64,000 nucleotides of DNA from an uncultured Sandaracinaceae bacterium (GCA_964495565.1 CAZBWQ010000002.1:28436-92435), one strand, 5' to 3'; shown: positions 38,329-49,890, numbered from the stretch's first letter. The notes: generated from the letters alone by a model not told the origin. A program made the numbers and translations.

Positions 38329-40491
38329 CTACTCCAACCCGAGAAGCCGTCCACCCTGATAGACGAGGAACGAGGCCACGTAGGCGAGCACCGTCATGTA
38401 CGAGAAGAGGAACAGGGGCCATCTCCACGAGCCAGACTCCCTTTTGACGACGGCGATTGTGCTCATGCACTGGCACGCGAGCAAGAAGAACACCATCAGC
38501 GACACGCCGCTGAGCGGCGTCATCACCGGTGTGCCGTCCGCATGTCGCGCCTCGCGAAGCGCCTCGCGGAGCGGCTTGTTCTCCTCGTCCGCTTCCCCGA
38601 TGCCGAAGACGACGCCCAAGGTCGAGACGAAAACCTCCCGGGCCGCAAAGGCGCCGATGATGCCTACACCGATCTGCCAGTCGAAGCCGATCGGGCGAAG
38701 AATTGGCTCGATCGCATGTCCAAATTGGCCCCCGAAGCTCTGCTCGAGCTGTGCGCTCGCCTCCTCGGCGTCGAGCGACTGCAAGATTTCGTTCTTTTGC
38801 GCCTCGGGCAGATCCGCCTGCACCACGCGAGCCCGCTGGGTGTCGTAGCGCTGCGCAAGCTCCTCGGACTTCGGGAAAGACAGGAAGGCCCACAGGATGA
38901 CCGTCATCGCCAAGATGATCGTCCCCGCGTCCACCAAGAAGATCCGGAGGCGCCTCCACGCATTCAGCCACAGGATCGAGGCCGAAGGCCAGCGGTAAGG
39001 CGGCATTTCGAGGACGAACGTGGGGGTCGGGCCGCGCAGGACGGTGCGGCGGATCACGGCGGCCGCTCCGAGCGTCACGAGGACGGACAGGACGTACATC
39101 GAAAAAAGCGCCACCGCGCCGGCGCTGAACCACCCGACCGACATGCCGGCGAAGACGGTGCCGGTAATCAAGATGTAGACCGGCAAGCGCGCGCTGCACG
39201 ACATCAGAGGCAAGGCCAACATCGTGACGAGTCGATCTCGAGGTCGCTCGATGGTTCGGGTCGCCATCACCGCCGGAACGGCACACGCGAACCCGGAAAG
39301 CAGGGGAACGAAGGCTTTGCCGTGAAGACCGACGCCCTTCATCACGCGGTCGATCACGAACGCGACGCGCGCCAGATAACCCGAATCCTCCAAGAACCCG
39401 ATGAACAGAAACAAAAAGAGGATCTGAGGCGCGAATACGACCACGTTGCCGACGCCCGCGATGATGCCTTCGACGATCATGTCCCGGAACACGCCCGCCG
39501 GAAGCCATGCGACGGCCAGATCTTGAAGCGCGGTCGTCAGGCTCTCGATCATGTCCATGAACGGCTCGGCCCCGGCGAAGAGGGCCTCGAAGATGCCGAA
39601 CATGACCAGGGCGAAGATGAGGATGCCTGCGACGGGATGCGTGAGCACCCGATCGATGCGCTCGCTCAAGGAACGGTCCGGCGCACGGACCGAGCAGGCC
39701 TCGGCGACGACCTCGTCGAGCCAGCGATAACGTGCCGCGATGATCTCGAGGTGAGGCTCGCGGCCCCGGGAAAGCGCGCGATCGCGGAGCTCGATGGTTT
39801 TTCGTCGAACCTCGTCGGGCACGCCGACCAGATCGTCGTCTCCCAGCGAAAGCATGCACCACAGGGCAAAGGCTCGAATTTCGCCCTCGCTCGCATGGGG
39901 GCGCCAACGCGCGATCGCGGGGATCAGCGCCTCCAAATCCTCTCGCAAGGCCTCGGGATAGGGAACGTTCGGGGGCTCGGTCGAGGCTCGTGCGGACAGA
40001 GCCCGGTCGATCTCCTGTCGCAGCACGTCCAGGCCCCGTCGCCGGGTCGCCACCACGGGGACGACGGGCGCGTTCAACAGGCTGGCCAAGCGCTCCGTGT
40101 CGATGACCAGCCCGGCCCGCTCCGCGGCGTCCATCATGTTCATGGCGACGACGACCGGAAGGCCGGACTCGATGAGCTGCAAAGCGAGGTAGAGCCCACG
40201 CTCGAGGGTCGTCGCATCGACGACACAGACGACGGCCCGGGTGTTTCGTTCGAGGAGCGCGTTGACGGCCAACTGCTCCTCGGGTGAGCTCGCGCTCAGG
40301 CTGTACGTACCCGGCACGTCGACCAGCTCGACCGTTCCGGAATCGAGCTGCACGTCGGCGCTCGTCCGGTCGACGGTGACACCCGGATAGTTTCCGACGC
40401 GTGCTCCTCCCCCCGAGAGCGCGTTGAAGAGCGTGCTCTTGCCGCTATTCGGATTGCCGGCAAGCAGGACCTGTGGAATCCGGGCGTCCAA
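38329..40491 (-). CDS. feoB: Ferrous iron transporter B
   Basis: TTG start 2 bp after feoA; GNPNSGKST, VGNYPGVTV, DVPGTYS, NMMD, PLMSCSARLPVY, QCMSTIAV. Confidence 0.95.
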   Translation of the reverse strand: MDARIPQVLLAGNPNSGKSTLFNALSGGGARVGNYPGVTVDRTSADVQLDSGTVELVDVPGTYSLSASSPEEQLAVNALLERNTRAVVCVVDATTLERGLYLALQLIESGLPVVVAMNMMDAAERAGLVIDTERLASLLNAPVVPVVATRRRGLDVLRQEIDRALSARASTEPPNVPYPEALREDLEALIPAIARWRPHASEGEIRAFALWCMLSLGDDDLVGVPDEVRRKTIELRDRALSRGREPHLEIIAARYRWLDEVVAEACSVRAPDRSLSERIDRVLTHPVAGILIFALVMFGIFEALFAGAEPFMDMIESLTTALQDLAVAWLPAGVFRDMIVEGIIAGVGNVVVFAPQILFLFLFIGFLEDSGYLARVAFVIDRVMKGVGLHGKAFVPLLSGFACAVPAVMATRTIERPRDRLVTMLALPLMSCSARLPVYILITGTVFAGMSVGWFSAGAVALFSMYVLSVLVTLGAAAVIRRTVLRGPTPTFVLEMPPYRWPSASILWLNAWRRLRIFLVDAGTIILAMTVILWAFLSFPKSEELAQRYDTQRARVVQADLPEAQKNEILQSLDAEEASAQLEQSFGGQFGHAIEPILRPIGFDWQIGVGIIGAFAAREVFVSTLGVVFGIGEADEENKPLREALREARHADGTPVMTPLSGVSLMVFFLLACQCMSTIAVVKRESGSWRWPLFLFSYMTVLAYVASFLVYQGGRLLGLE

Positions 40492-40493
40492 CC

Positions 40494-40733
40494 TCAGCTC
40501 GCTCCTTCGGTTCGAATCATGATTCGATTTGCTTCGGACCGCCGGACCGAGAGGGAGTAGCCTCGAACCCGTAGCTCGAGGGGATCGCCGAGCGGCGCGA
40601 GACGGATGAGGCGGATTCGTGTCCCCGGCAAGAGCCCCATTTCCATGAGGCGTCGCGAAATGCGTTGCTCGCAGTCGAGGGATACGATTTCGGCAACTTG
40701 ACCCGGACGCAGATCCGCGAGTGAGGGGCTCAT
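40494..40733 (-). CDS. feoA: Ferrous iron transport protein A
   Basis: RRLMEMGLLPGT...APLGDPLELRVRGYSLSVRRSEA. Confidence 0.95.
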   Translation of the reverse strand: MSPSLADLRPGQVAEIVSLDCEQRISRRLMEMGLLPGTRIRLIRLAPLGDPLELRVRGYSLSVRRSEANRIMIRTEGAS

Positions 40734-40739
40734 CGGCTA

Positions 40740-40768
40740 TTGATAATGACTTTCTTTTTCGTTCGCAA
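40740..40768 (-). promoter_or_regulatory. feoAB promoter overlapped by a Fur-like box
   Basis: TTGCGA(40763-68)-N17-TATCAA(40740-45), ending 6 nt before the feoA ATG; GATAATGACTTTCTTTTTC at 40742-60 matches 14/19 of GATAATGATAATCATTATC. Confidence 0.65.
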
Positions 40769-40829
40769 CCGCTTGGAATTGACCGCCCAGTCCCTATAAA
40801 ACAGCAGCGCCTCACGAAGAAGGAGAATC

Positions 40830-41327
40830 ATGGCAACGACAGCATTTAAGGGCACCCCGGTTCACACCAACGGCGAGCTTCCCGCGCCTGGGACCTCGGC
40901 TCCGGATTTTCGGCTCATCGGCACCGACCTGAGCGTCAAAACGCTCGCCGACTTCCAAGGACAAAAAAAGATCCTGACGATCAATCCCAGTTACGACACG
41001 CCGGTCTGCCAGGCAGCCGCTCGCACCTTCAACGAGCGCGCCGGCAGCCTCGAGGACGTGGTGGTGCTGGTGATCAGCGCCGATCTGCCATTCGCGCAAA
41101 AGCGGTTCTGCGTGGCCGAGGACTTGGAAGGTGTCGTGCCACTCTCCACGTTTCGCGGAAGCTTTCTGCAGGACTACGGCGTCGAGCTCGTCGATGGCCC
41201 GCTCGAAGGCCTGGCGGCGCGCGCGATCGTGGTGCTCGATGAAAACGACCAAGTCGTGCATCGCGAGCTGGTACCCGACATCGCCCAAGAGCCCGACTAC
41301 GACGCCGCGCTCTCCGCGGTGAAGTGA
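40830..41327 (+). CDS. tpx: Thiol peroxidase (Tpx)
   Basis: PSYDTPVCQ, ISADLPFAQKRFC, LAARAIVVLD, EPDYDAAL. Confidence 0.95.
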   Translation: MATTAFKGTPVHTNGELPAPGTSAPDFRLIGTDLSVKTLADFQGQKKILTINPSYDTPVCQAAARTFNERAGSLEDVVVLVISADLPFAQKRFCVAEDLEGVVPLSTFRGSFLQDYGVELVDGPLEGLAARAIVVLDENDQVVHRELVPDIAQEPDYDAALSAVK

Positions 41328-41328
41328 C

Positions 41329-43329
<2,001 letters not shown>

Positions 43330-43517
43330 GCTCTCCTCCAGGTTCGCGGGCCGGATCTAGCAGGATGGGCCGAAACGCAAAAGGGCGTATCGCAGGCTTT
43401 TTCGCTCACGGCTGGACATCGTGCCAAATCGCCACTAACACCCCCGAGCGCAGGCATTCGGTTGTTGACCGGTTCCGTGGGGTTTGACCTCCCAAGGAGC
43501 CTGCGCAGGAGGAAGGC

Positions 43518-44651
43518 ATGCCTCGGATCTTCGTGCCCAAGGAAATCGCCCCTGGCGAAACTCGGGTCGCCTGCACACCAGAAACAACGAAGCGCTACGT
43601 GAAGGAAGGCCTGGAGGTCGTCGTCGAGAGCGGCGCGGGGCGGCACGCGCACTTCACCGACGACCACTACCGCGACGCCGGCGCCGAAGTGGTCGCGGGA
43701 GAGGACGCCGATCGAGCGTGGTCGGAGGCCGACCTGATCTTCCGGGTGTATCCGATCACCCCGGAGGAAGCGTCCAAGATCAAGGAGGGCGCCATCCTCG
43801 TCGGCTTCATGTCGCCTCACAAGAATCTCGACTCGGTTCGGATTTTGCGTGACCGGAAAGTCAGCACGATCGCGATGGAGCTGATCCCCCGGATCAGCCG
43901 CGCCCAGACGATGGATGCGCTCAGCTCGCAAGCCTCGATTTCCGGATACCAGGCGGTGCTGCTCGCCGCGACCTACCTCGACAAGTACTTTCCCTTGCTG
44001 ATGACCGCCGCGGGGACGATTCAGCCAGCCAAGGTCGTCATCATGGGCGCCGGTGTGGCCGGCCTTCAGGCCATCGCCACGGCGAAGCGGCTCGGAGCGG
44101 TCGTCGACGTGTCGGACATCCGACCGGCGGTCAAGGAGCAAGTCGAATCCCTGGGTGGGCGTTTCATCGACGTTCCCCTGGATGAAAGCGGCGAAGGCGA
44201 AGGCGGCTACGCGCGCGAGCTCACACCAGAGCAGCTCAAGAAGCAGCAAGAGATCGTACGCAAGAAGGTCGTCGCGGCGGATGCCGTCATCACCACGGCG
44301 CTCGTCCCCGGACGCCCTGCTCCGAAGCTGATCACCCGCGACATGGTCGAGGAAATGCGAGAGGGCGCCGTGATCGTGGATTTGGCCGTCGAGCAGGGAG
44401 GCAACTGCGAGCTTTCGAAGAGTGGCGAGATGGTCGAGGCGCACGGGGTGACGATCATCGGCCTCCCGAACCTGCCGGCCGCGACACCGGCCGACGCGAG
44501 CCTTCTCTACTCGCGAAACATCCAGGCCCTCTTGCTCAGCATGTTGTCCGAAGGCGCGGTCACCCTGAGCCTCGAAGACGAGATCATCGACGGCGCCCTA
44601 CTCACTCACGCCGGCGAGGTCCGCCACGGACCGACCGCAGAGGCGCTCTAG
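43518..44651 (+). CDS. pntA: NAD(P) transhydrogenase alpha subunit, part 1 (dI)
   Basis: ETRVACTPE, RAQTMDALSSQA, GAGVAGLQA, ALVPGRPAPKL, DLAVEQGGNC. Confidence 0.94.
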   Translation: MPRIFVPKEIAPGETRVACTPETTKRYVKEGLEVVVESGAGRHAHFTDDHYRDAGAEVVAGEDADRAWSEADLIFRVYPITPEEASKIKEGAILVGFMSPHKNLDSVRILRDRKVSTIAMELIPRISRAQTMDALSSQASISGYQAVLLAATYLDKYFPLLMTAAGTIQPAKVVIMGAGVAGLQAIATAKRLGAVVDVSDIRPAVKEQVESLGGRFIDVPLDESGEGEGGYARELTPEQLKKQQEIVRKKVVAADAVITTALVPGRPAPKLITRDMVEEMREGAVIVDLAVEQGGNCELSKSGEMVEAHGVTIIGLPNLPAATPADASLLYSRNIQALLLSMLSEGAVTLSLEDEIIDGALLTHAGEVRHGPTAEAL

Positions 44652-44666
44652 GAAAGGAGAGGAACC

Positions 44667-44951
44667 GTGACCCTGGGACCTTTGCTCATAGGAATTTACG
44701 TGTTCGTCCTGGCCAGCTTCGTTGGCTTCGAGATGATCACGAAAGTACCCCCCACGTTGCATACCCCCCTGATGAGCGGAGCAAACGCCATCAGCGGAAT
44801 CACCATCGTCGGCGCCTTGGCCGCGGCCACCACCGGCGCGCCCACGGTCGCGAACATCTTGGGAGCGCTGGCCATCGTCACCGCGACCATCAACGTGGTG
44901 GGCGGTTTTCTCGTCACTGACCGCATGCTGCGGATGTTTCGAAAGAAGTAG
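44667..44951 (+). CDS. pntA: NAD(P) transhydrogenase alpha subunit, part 2 (membrane)
   Basis: VPPTLHTPLMSGANAISG, NVVGGFLVTDRMLRMF. Confidence 0.94.
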   Translation: MTLGPLLIGIYVFVLASFVGFEMITKVPPTLHTPLMSGANAISGITIVGALAAATTGAPTVANILGALAIVTATINVVGGFLVTDRMLRMFRKK

Positions 44952-44953
44952 CG

Positions 44954-46384
44954 ATGAGTCACGAAGTCATTCGATCGACCGTAGTTCCGATCATCTATCT
45001 CGCATCGGCGGTCTTGTTCATCTTCGGGATCAAGCAGCTCGCCCGCGTGAAGACCGCGCGGCGAGGAAACACGATTGCCGCGGTGGGTATGCTCTTGGCC
45101 ATCGTCGGCTCCCTCTTGGAGCTCGGCATCGTCGACTACCGCTGGATCGGTGGCGGCATGGTTCTCGGCACGATCATCGGCGCGACCTTCGCGATCCGCG
45201 TCCAGATGACGGCCATGCCCGAGATGGTCGCGCTTTTCAACGGCTTCGGCGGAATCGCATCGGCCTTGGTCGCCGGCTCGGTGTACTGGGATCGCATCGT
45301 CGAGCAGGGAGCGACCGGCCGCATCTACCAAGTGCTCGGAACGGACTCGGCAATCACCGTCATGCTCTCGATCTTGATCGGAAGCGTCACCTTCACCGGA
45401 AGCATCATCGCGCTCCTCAAGCTCCAGGGCAATTTGAAGAAGGGCCAGCCGATCCTGTTGCCGGCGAGGCATTTCATCACCCTCGGGCTGCTCGCAGGCG
45501 CTTTCGTCATCAGTGGATTCGCCACCGCGGCGACCGCGGCGGACTCGGTCGCCTTGGTCCTGGTTCTGGCCGCTGCCTCGCTCTTGCTCGGCATCTTGCT
45601 GACGATTCCGATCGGCGGAGCGGACATGCCCGTCGTCGTTTCGCTCCTCAACTCCTACTCGGGTGTGGCCGCCGCGATGGCGGGTTTCGTCATCGGAAAC
45701 CCGCTCTTGATCATCGCCGGTGCGATGGTTGGCGCGGCCGGTCTGATCCTGACCCAGATCATGTGCGTGGCGATGAACCGCTCGTTGCTGAACGTCTTGG
45801 TCGGGGGCTTCGGCGTGACCGAGGGCGCCGGAGGGGGCAGCGACGAATACACCAACGTGACCTCCTGCGGCGCCGAAGAGGCGGCGATGGTTCTCGAGAC
45901 TGCCGAATCGGTGGTCATCGTTCCGGGCTATGGATTGGCGGTCGCCCAGGCCCAACATGCGGTTCGCGAGCTGGCCGACCTCTTGAAGGCCAGGGGCACC
46001 AAGGTGACCTACGCGATTCATCCGGTCGCGGGACGCATGCCCGGGCACATGAACGTGCTTCTCGCTGAGGCTGACGTTCCCTACGAGGACCTCCTCGAGA
46101 TGGACGTGATCAACCCCGAGTTCAAGAACACCGACGTGGCGATCATCCTCGGGGCCAACGACGTGGTGAACCCCGTCGCCAACAAGGATCCGAGCAGCCC
46201 GATCGCGGGGATGCCCATCCTCAATGCCTACGAGTCACGCTCGGTTTTCGTCGTGAAACGCAGCTTGAGCCCGGGTTACGCGGGCATCAAGAACGAGCTC
46301 TTCGAGTACGACAACACGATGATGATCTTCGGCGACGCGAAGAAGGTCATTCAGGACCTGATCGGCGAGGTCAAAGACCTCTGA
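44954..46384 (+). CDS. pntB: NAD(P) transhydrogenase beta subunit
   Basis: MPEMVALFNGFGG, PIGGADMPVVVSLLNSYSG, VPGYGLAVAQAQ, HPVAGRMPGHMNVLLAEA, GANDVVNP. Confidence 0.96.
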   Translation: MSHEVIRSTVVPIIYLASAVLFIFGIKQLARVKTARRGNTIAAVGMLLAIVGSLLELGIVDYRWIGGGMVLGTIIGATFAIRVQMTAMPEMVALFNGFGGIASALVAGSVYWDRIVEQGATGRIYQVLGTDSAITVMLSILIGSVTFTGSIIALLKLQGNLKKGQPILLPARHFITLGLLAGAFVISGFATAATAADSVALVLVLAAASLLLGILLTIPIGGADMPVVVSLLNSYSGVAAAMAGFVIGNPLLIIAGAMVGAAGLILTQIMCVAMNRSLLNVLVGGFGVTEGAGGGSDEYTNVTSCGAEEAAMVLETAESVVIVPGYGLAVAQAQHAVRELADLLKARGTKVTYAIHPVAGRMPGHMNVLLAEADVPYEDLLEMDVINPEFKNTDVAIILGANDVVNPVANKDPSSPIAGMPILNAYESRSVFVVKRSLSPGYAGIKNELFEYDNTMMIFGDAKKVIQDLIGEVKDL

Positions 46385-46404
46385 GCCGTCGCAATGCCCA
46401 ACGC

Positions 46405-47811
46405 TCAGGTGTCGAGGAAGTCGGCCACCTCGGGCGCGGGCACGCCGTAGTAGTCCGAGTCGGCGAGATCGTCGAAGCGGGTATACTCGTTGAAAAAGCG
46501 GACGCGGCAGGTGCCCGTCGGGCCCGCGCGCTGCTTGCCGATGATGATCTCGGCAATCCCGCGATCGTCGCTGTCGCGGTTGTAGACCTCGTCGCGGTAG
46601 ATGAACCAAATCGTGTCGGCATCCTGCTCGATGGCACCGGACTCGCGGAGATCGGAGAGTTGAGGTCTCTTGTCTTTGACGCCGCGCGACTCCACGCCGC
46701 GATTGAGCTGTGACAGCGCGATCACCGGCACCTCGAGCTCCTTGGCGAGCGCCTTGAGGCTCCGGCTGATCTCGCTGATCTCCTGCTCCCGAGAGTCGTT
46801 TCGCGAGCCCGATCGCATCAGCTGCAGGTAGTCGACCACGATCAAGCCGAGGCCAATCTCGGATTTGAGACGGCGGGACTTCGCGCGAAGCTCGAGCATG
46901 GTGATGGCCGGGGTGTCATCGATCCAGATCGGCATCTCGCTGAGCGTGCCCGCCGCATCGGCCAGCTTCGGCCAGTCGTCCTTGTGGAGCTGGCCGGTTC
47001 GAATTCGGTTTCCGTCGACCCGCGCCTCGGCACCCAGAAATCGCCGAACGAGCTGGCCTTTCGGCATCTCCAACGAAAAGATGGCCACCGGCGACTTGGC
47101 CTTCGCACAGGCATTGTGAGCGACGTTCAGCGCGAACGAGGTCTTGCCCATGCCCGGCCGCCCTGCCACGATGATCAGGTCTCCGGCGTGCATCCCGGCG
47201 GTCATCTTGTCGAGCTGTTTGTAACCCGTGGGAAGCCCGGTGATCGCCTCGCCTCGGTTGGCGGTCTCGTGAATCTCCTGGAACGTCCGCATGACGACGT
47301 CTTTGACGTGCTCGTACGGGTTCCGTGCGCGCTCCCTCGCAACCGAGAAGATCGACGATTCGGATTGATCGAGAAACTCCTCGACCGCCCCGTAATCGCC
47401 GTATCCCCGCGACGCGACCTCGTGGCAGACCTGAATGAGGGAACGGACCAGAGCCTTCTCGCGGACGATCCGCGCATGCGCCTGGATGTTCGAGACGCTG
47501 GGGATCGTGTTGCTCAAAGACAGCAGATACTCGTCGCCGCCGATCGATCCGAGCTTGCCGCTGTTGGCCAGGGATTCGCGTAGCGTGACGTGGTCGACCG
47601 GTTGGCCACGTCGAAACAGCTCGGTCATGGCGTCGAAGATCTTGCCATTCGCCTCGCTGTAGAAGTCCTCCGCGGAGATCTCCTCGAGAACGACGTTCAT
47701 CGCCTCGTTCTCGAGAAGGATCCCGCCGAGCACCGCTCGTTCGGCGTCGAGCGAATTCGGCGGGACTTGTCCGGATCGTGCCGTCGCAGAGATGGCCCCC
47801 TCGCTTTCCAA
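46405..47811 (-). CDS. dnaB: Replicative DNA helicase
   Basis: PPNSLDAERAVLG, AGRPGMGKT, VDYLQLM, SQLNR, DLRESGAIEQDAD, KQRAGPTG; no intein. Confidence 0.97.
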   Translation of the reverse strand: MESEGAISATARSGQVPPNSLDAERAVLGGILLENEAMNVVLEEISAEDFYSEANGKIFDAMTELFRRGQPVDHVTLRESLANSGKLGSIGGDEYLLSLSNTIPSVSNIQAHARIVREKALVRSLIQVCHEVASRGYGDYGAVEEFLDQSESSIFSVARERARNPYEHVKDVVMRTFQEIHETANRGEAITGLPTGYKQLDKMTAGMHAGDLIIVAGRPGMGKTSFALNVAHNACAKAKSPVAIFSLEMPKGQLVRRFLGAEARVDGNRIRTGQLHKDDWPKLADAAGTLSEMPIWIDDTPAITMLELRAKSRRLKSEIGLGLIVVDYLQLMRSGSRNDSREQEISEISRSLKALAKELEVPVIALSQLNRGVESRGVKDKRPQLSDLRESGAIEQDADTIWFIYRDEVYNRDSDDRGIAEIIIGKQRAGPTGTCRVRFFNEYTRFDDLADSDYYGVPAPEVADFLDT

Positions 47812-47822
47812 CCGTGGTTGTA

Positions 47823-47862
47823 GCGTCTCGGCCCGCTCCGCGAAAGGGGCGAGTCGAGACGC
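47823..47862. other. Long intergenic hairpin between rplI and dnaB
   Basis: GCGTCTCG/CGAGACGC outer stem continuing through an imperfect inner stem; no U-tract on either strand. Confidence 0.4.
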
Positions 47863-47890
47863 GTCTCAAGATGGCCGTGAACCGGCCGCG

Positions 47891-48358
47891 TTATGCTTTG
47901 GTCTTGACCTCGACCTTGATGGTCGCCGTCAAGCCATACGGTAGCTTCACGCCCACCTCGTAGCTGCCAACCTCTTTGATCGGCTGCTCGGGCATGATGA
48001 GCTTCTTCTTGTCGATCTCGGTCTCGACACCCTTGGCCTTGAGGCCTTCGAGAATGTCCGCCGAGGTGACCGAGCCGAACAACTTTCCATCCTCGCCGGC
48101 TTCTTTGGCGATCATGACGGTGACCTTCCCGAGCTCGTCGATCAGCGTCTCCTGCTCGACGCGAAGCTTTTCGATTCGACGCGCCTGCACTTCTTTTTCG
48201 TGCTCGATCTGCTTGACGTTTCCGCGACTTGCAACGACCGCGAGCCCTCGGGGGAGCAGGTAGTTGCGCGCGTAGCCGCGGCGTACTCGTACCACGTCAC
48301 CAATCGAGCCCAAGTGCTCGAGATTTTCCTTCAAAACGACTTCGACCGTGGATGCCAT
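47891..48358 (-). CDS. rplI: 50S ribosomal protein L9
   Basis: Start MASTVEVVLKENLEHLG; VRRGYARNYLLPRG, KLFGSVT. Confidence 0.96.
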   Translation of the reverse strand: MASTVEVVLKENLEHLGSIGDVVRVRRGYARNYLLPRGLAVVASRGNVKQIEHEKEVQARRIEKLRVEQETLIDELGKVTVMIAKEAGEDGKLFGSVTSADILEGLKAKGVETEIDKKKLIMPEQPIKEVGSYEVGVKLPYGLTATIKVEVKTKA

Positions 48359-48365
48359 CGCTACC

Positions 48366-48629
48366 TCACTTCGTCGCCGTGTAGGGGAGCAGTGCAATGT
48401 TGCGTGCCCGCTTGATGGCACGGGTCAGGTCACGCTGCTGCTTTGCGGTCAGCCCGCTCACGCGACGCGGCACGATCTTGCCACGATCGGTGATGAAATG
48501 ACGCAACTGCTGGGGATCTTTGTAATCGAACTTGAAATCCGGCGGGAGCGTGAGCCCAGGCGCGCGCTTGCGCCCTCCGCGGCGGCTCCTCGCATCTACG
48601 TCGAAGTCTTGCTGCATGTCGTCGGCCAT
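48366..48629 (-). CDS. rpsR: 30S ribosomal protein S18
   Basis: [26 protein letters not shown]...[19 protein letters not shown]. Confidence 0.97.
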   Translation of the reverse strand: MADDMQQDFDVDARSRRGGRKRAPGLTLPPDFKFDYKDPQQLRHFITDRGKIVPRRVSGLTAKQQRDLTRAIKRARNIALLPYTATK

Positions 48630-48632
48630 GGA

Positions 48633-49217
48633 TCAGCCCTCCTCACGCTCGTCGTCGGACGATTCCTCATCCGACTCGTAATCGCCATCGTCGCTTTCGT
48701 CGCGGTCTCCCGAGCCCTCTTCGTCGCTCGACTCGTCCTGATCCCGATCCTGACCGCTCTCTTCTTCCGAGGCCCGCGGACCCATCCCGAGGCTTCGCGC
48801 GCGCTCGGTCTCGGCGTCTTCCTGCTCCTCGAGGTCCTCGAGGTGAAGATACTGCACCTCTTCGGGGTCCACCTGCACGGTGGCCATGTCGATCTCCTCG
48901 GCGAGTAGCACCGTCTGGAAGCGCACCACGTCGTCGAGCAGGCGCAGATTTCGCTCGAGCTCCGCCACGAGATCGTTGAAGCCGACGTACTTCATGTACA
49001 CGAAGATGCCGCGGCTGTTCTTCTCGATCGGGTACGCGAGCTTGCGCTTGCCCCAGTTGTCGAGCTTGGTCAGCGTGCCGTCGAGGCGGGAGACCACCTC
49101 TTTGAGGCGTTCGACGATTTGCTCGGCCTTTTCGTTGTCGACGTCGGGCCGAAGGATGTAGATGGTTTCGTATTCGCGCGCCCACCGAATCGGGGACGCA
49201 GCGGCTTGGGTAGCCAT
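48633..49217 (-). CDS. rpsF: 30S ribosomal protein S6 with long acidic C-terminal tail
   Basis: REYETIYILRPD, WGKRKLAYPI, ELERNLRLLDDVVRF, then an extended D/E/S-rich tail. Confidence 0.96.
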   Translation of the reverse strand: MATQAAASPIRWAREYETIYILRPDVDNEKAEQIVERLKEVVSRLDGTLTKLDNWGKRKLAYPIEKNSRGIFVYMKYVGFNDLVAELERNLRLLDDVVRFQTVLLAEEIDMATVQVDPEEVQYLHLEDLEEQEDAETERARSLGMGPRASEEESGQDRDQDESSDEEGSGDRDESDDGDYESDEESSDDEREEG

Positions 49218-49220
49218 GAG

Positions 49221-49265
49221 CTCCTCCTGGTCTAGCGGCCCCAGCCCGATGCTGGAGCGAGGAAA
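49221..49265 (-). promoter_or_regulatory. Probable S6:S18 autoregulatory mRNA leader
   Basis: Minus strand: UUCCUC can pair with GAGGAG (the SD); inner hairpin CCAGC/GCUGG; unpaired CCG on the 3' side of the internal loop, as in the published S6:S18-binding motif. Confidence 0.5.
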
Positions 49266-49302
49266 GCGAAGGCATAGCCGATCTTCAGGACGGTGCCAGC
49301 CG

Positions 49303-49872
49303 TCAGGAACGGTGGTGATGAAGATTCATCGCCTGGCGGGGCCCGTCGACGATGCAGGTTTCGGCGACATCGGCAGCCAAGCCGAGGACGTCCTCGAGCT
49401 CGGCTTGCTCCAAGCTGTTGAAATCACTGAGAACGTATTGCTCGGGCCGGCCGCGCGCCGGACGGCCGATCCCGACGCGACATCGCAGAAAGTCCGGACC
49501 GCCGCAGTGCTGCACGACCGAGCGGAGCCCGTTGTGCCCGGCCGTGCCCCCGCCGATCTTCATCCGGACCACCCCGAACGCGAGGTCGAGCTCGTCGTGA
49601 ACGCAGAGCACGTGCGAAAGCGGCACCTTGAAGAACTGCATGGCGGCCTGAACCGACTCGCCGCTTCGGTTCATGTAGGTCATGGGCTTGAGGAGCACCA
49701 CGTCCTCTGCCCCCACCGCCACCTTGGTGAGCTCGCCCTTGCACTTGCTTCGGTACGCGGGCGCGCCCCAGCGCCGAGCGAGCTCGTCCACCACACGAAA
49801 CCCGACGTTGTGGCGATGGCCAGCGTACTTGGGCCCCGGGTTCCCGAGGCCCGCGATGAGGTGTACGCCCAC
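49303..49872 (-). CDS. pth: Peptidyl-tRNA hydrolase
   Basis: IAGLGNPG, HRHNVGF, KPMTYMNRSG, VHDELD, GGTAGHNGLRS. Confidence 0.97.
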   Translation of the reverse strand: MGVHLIAGLGNPGPKYAGHRHNVGFRVVDELARRWGAPAYRSKCKGELTKVAVGAEDVVLLKPMTYMNRSGESVQAAMQFFKVPLSHVLCVHDELDLAFGVVRMKIGGGTAGHNGLRSVVQHCGGPDFLRCRVGIGRPARGRPEQYVLSDFNSLEQAELEDVLGLAADVAETCIVDGPRQAMNLHHHRS

Positions 49873-49890
49873 GTTCGCCCCGAGGGCTGG

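Noticed and set aside
43412-43427. Sigma54-like TTGGCACG upstream of tkt
   Set aside because: The -12 GC is missing (TGGCACG-ATGT-CCAG).
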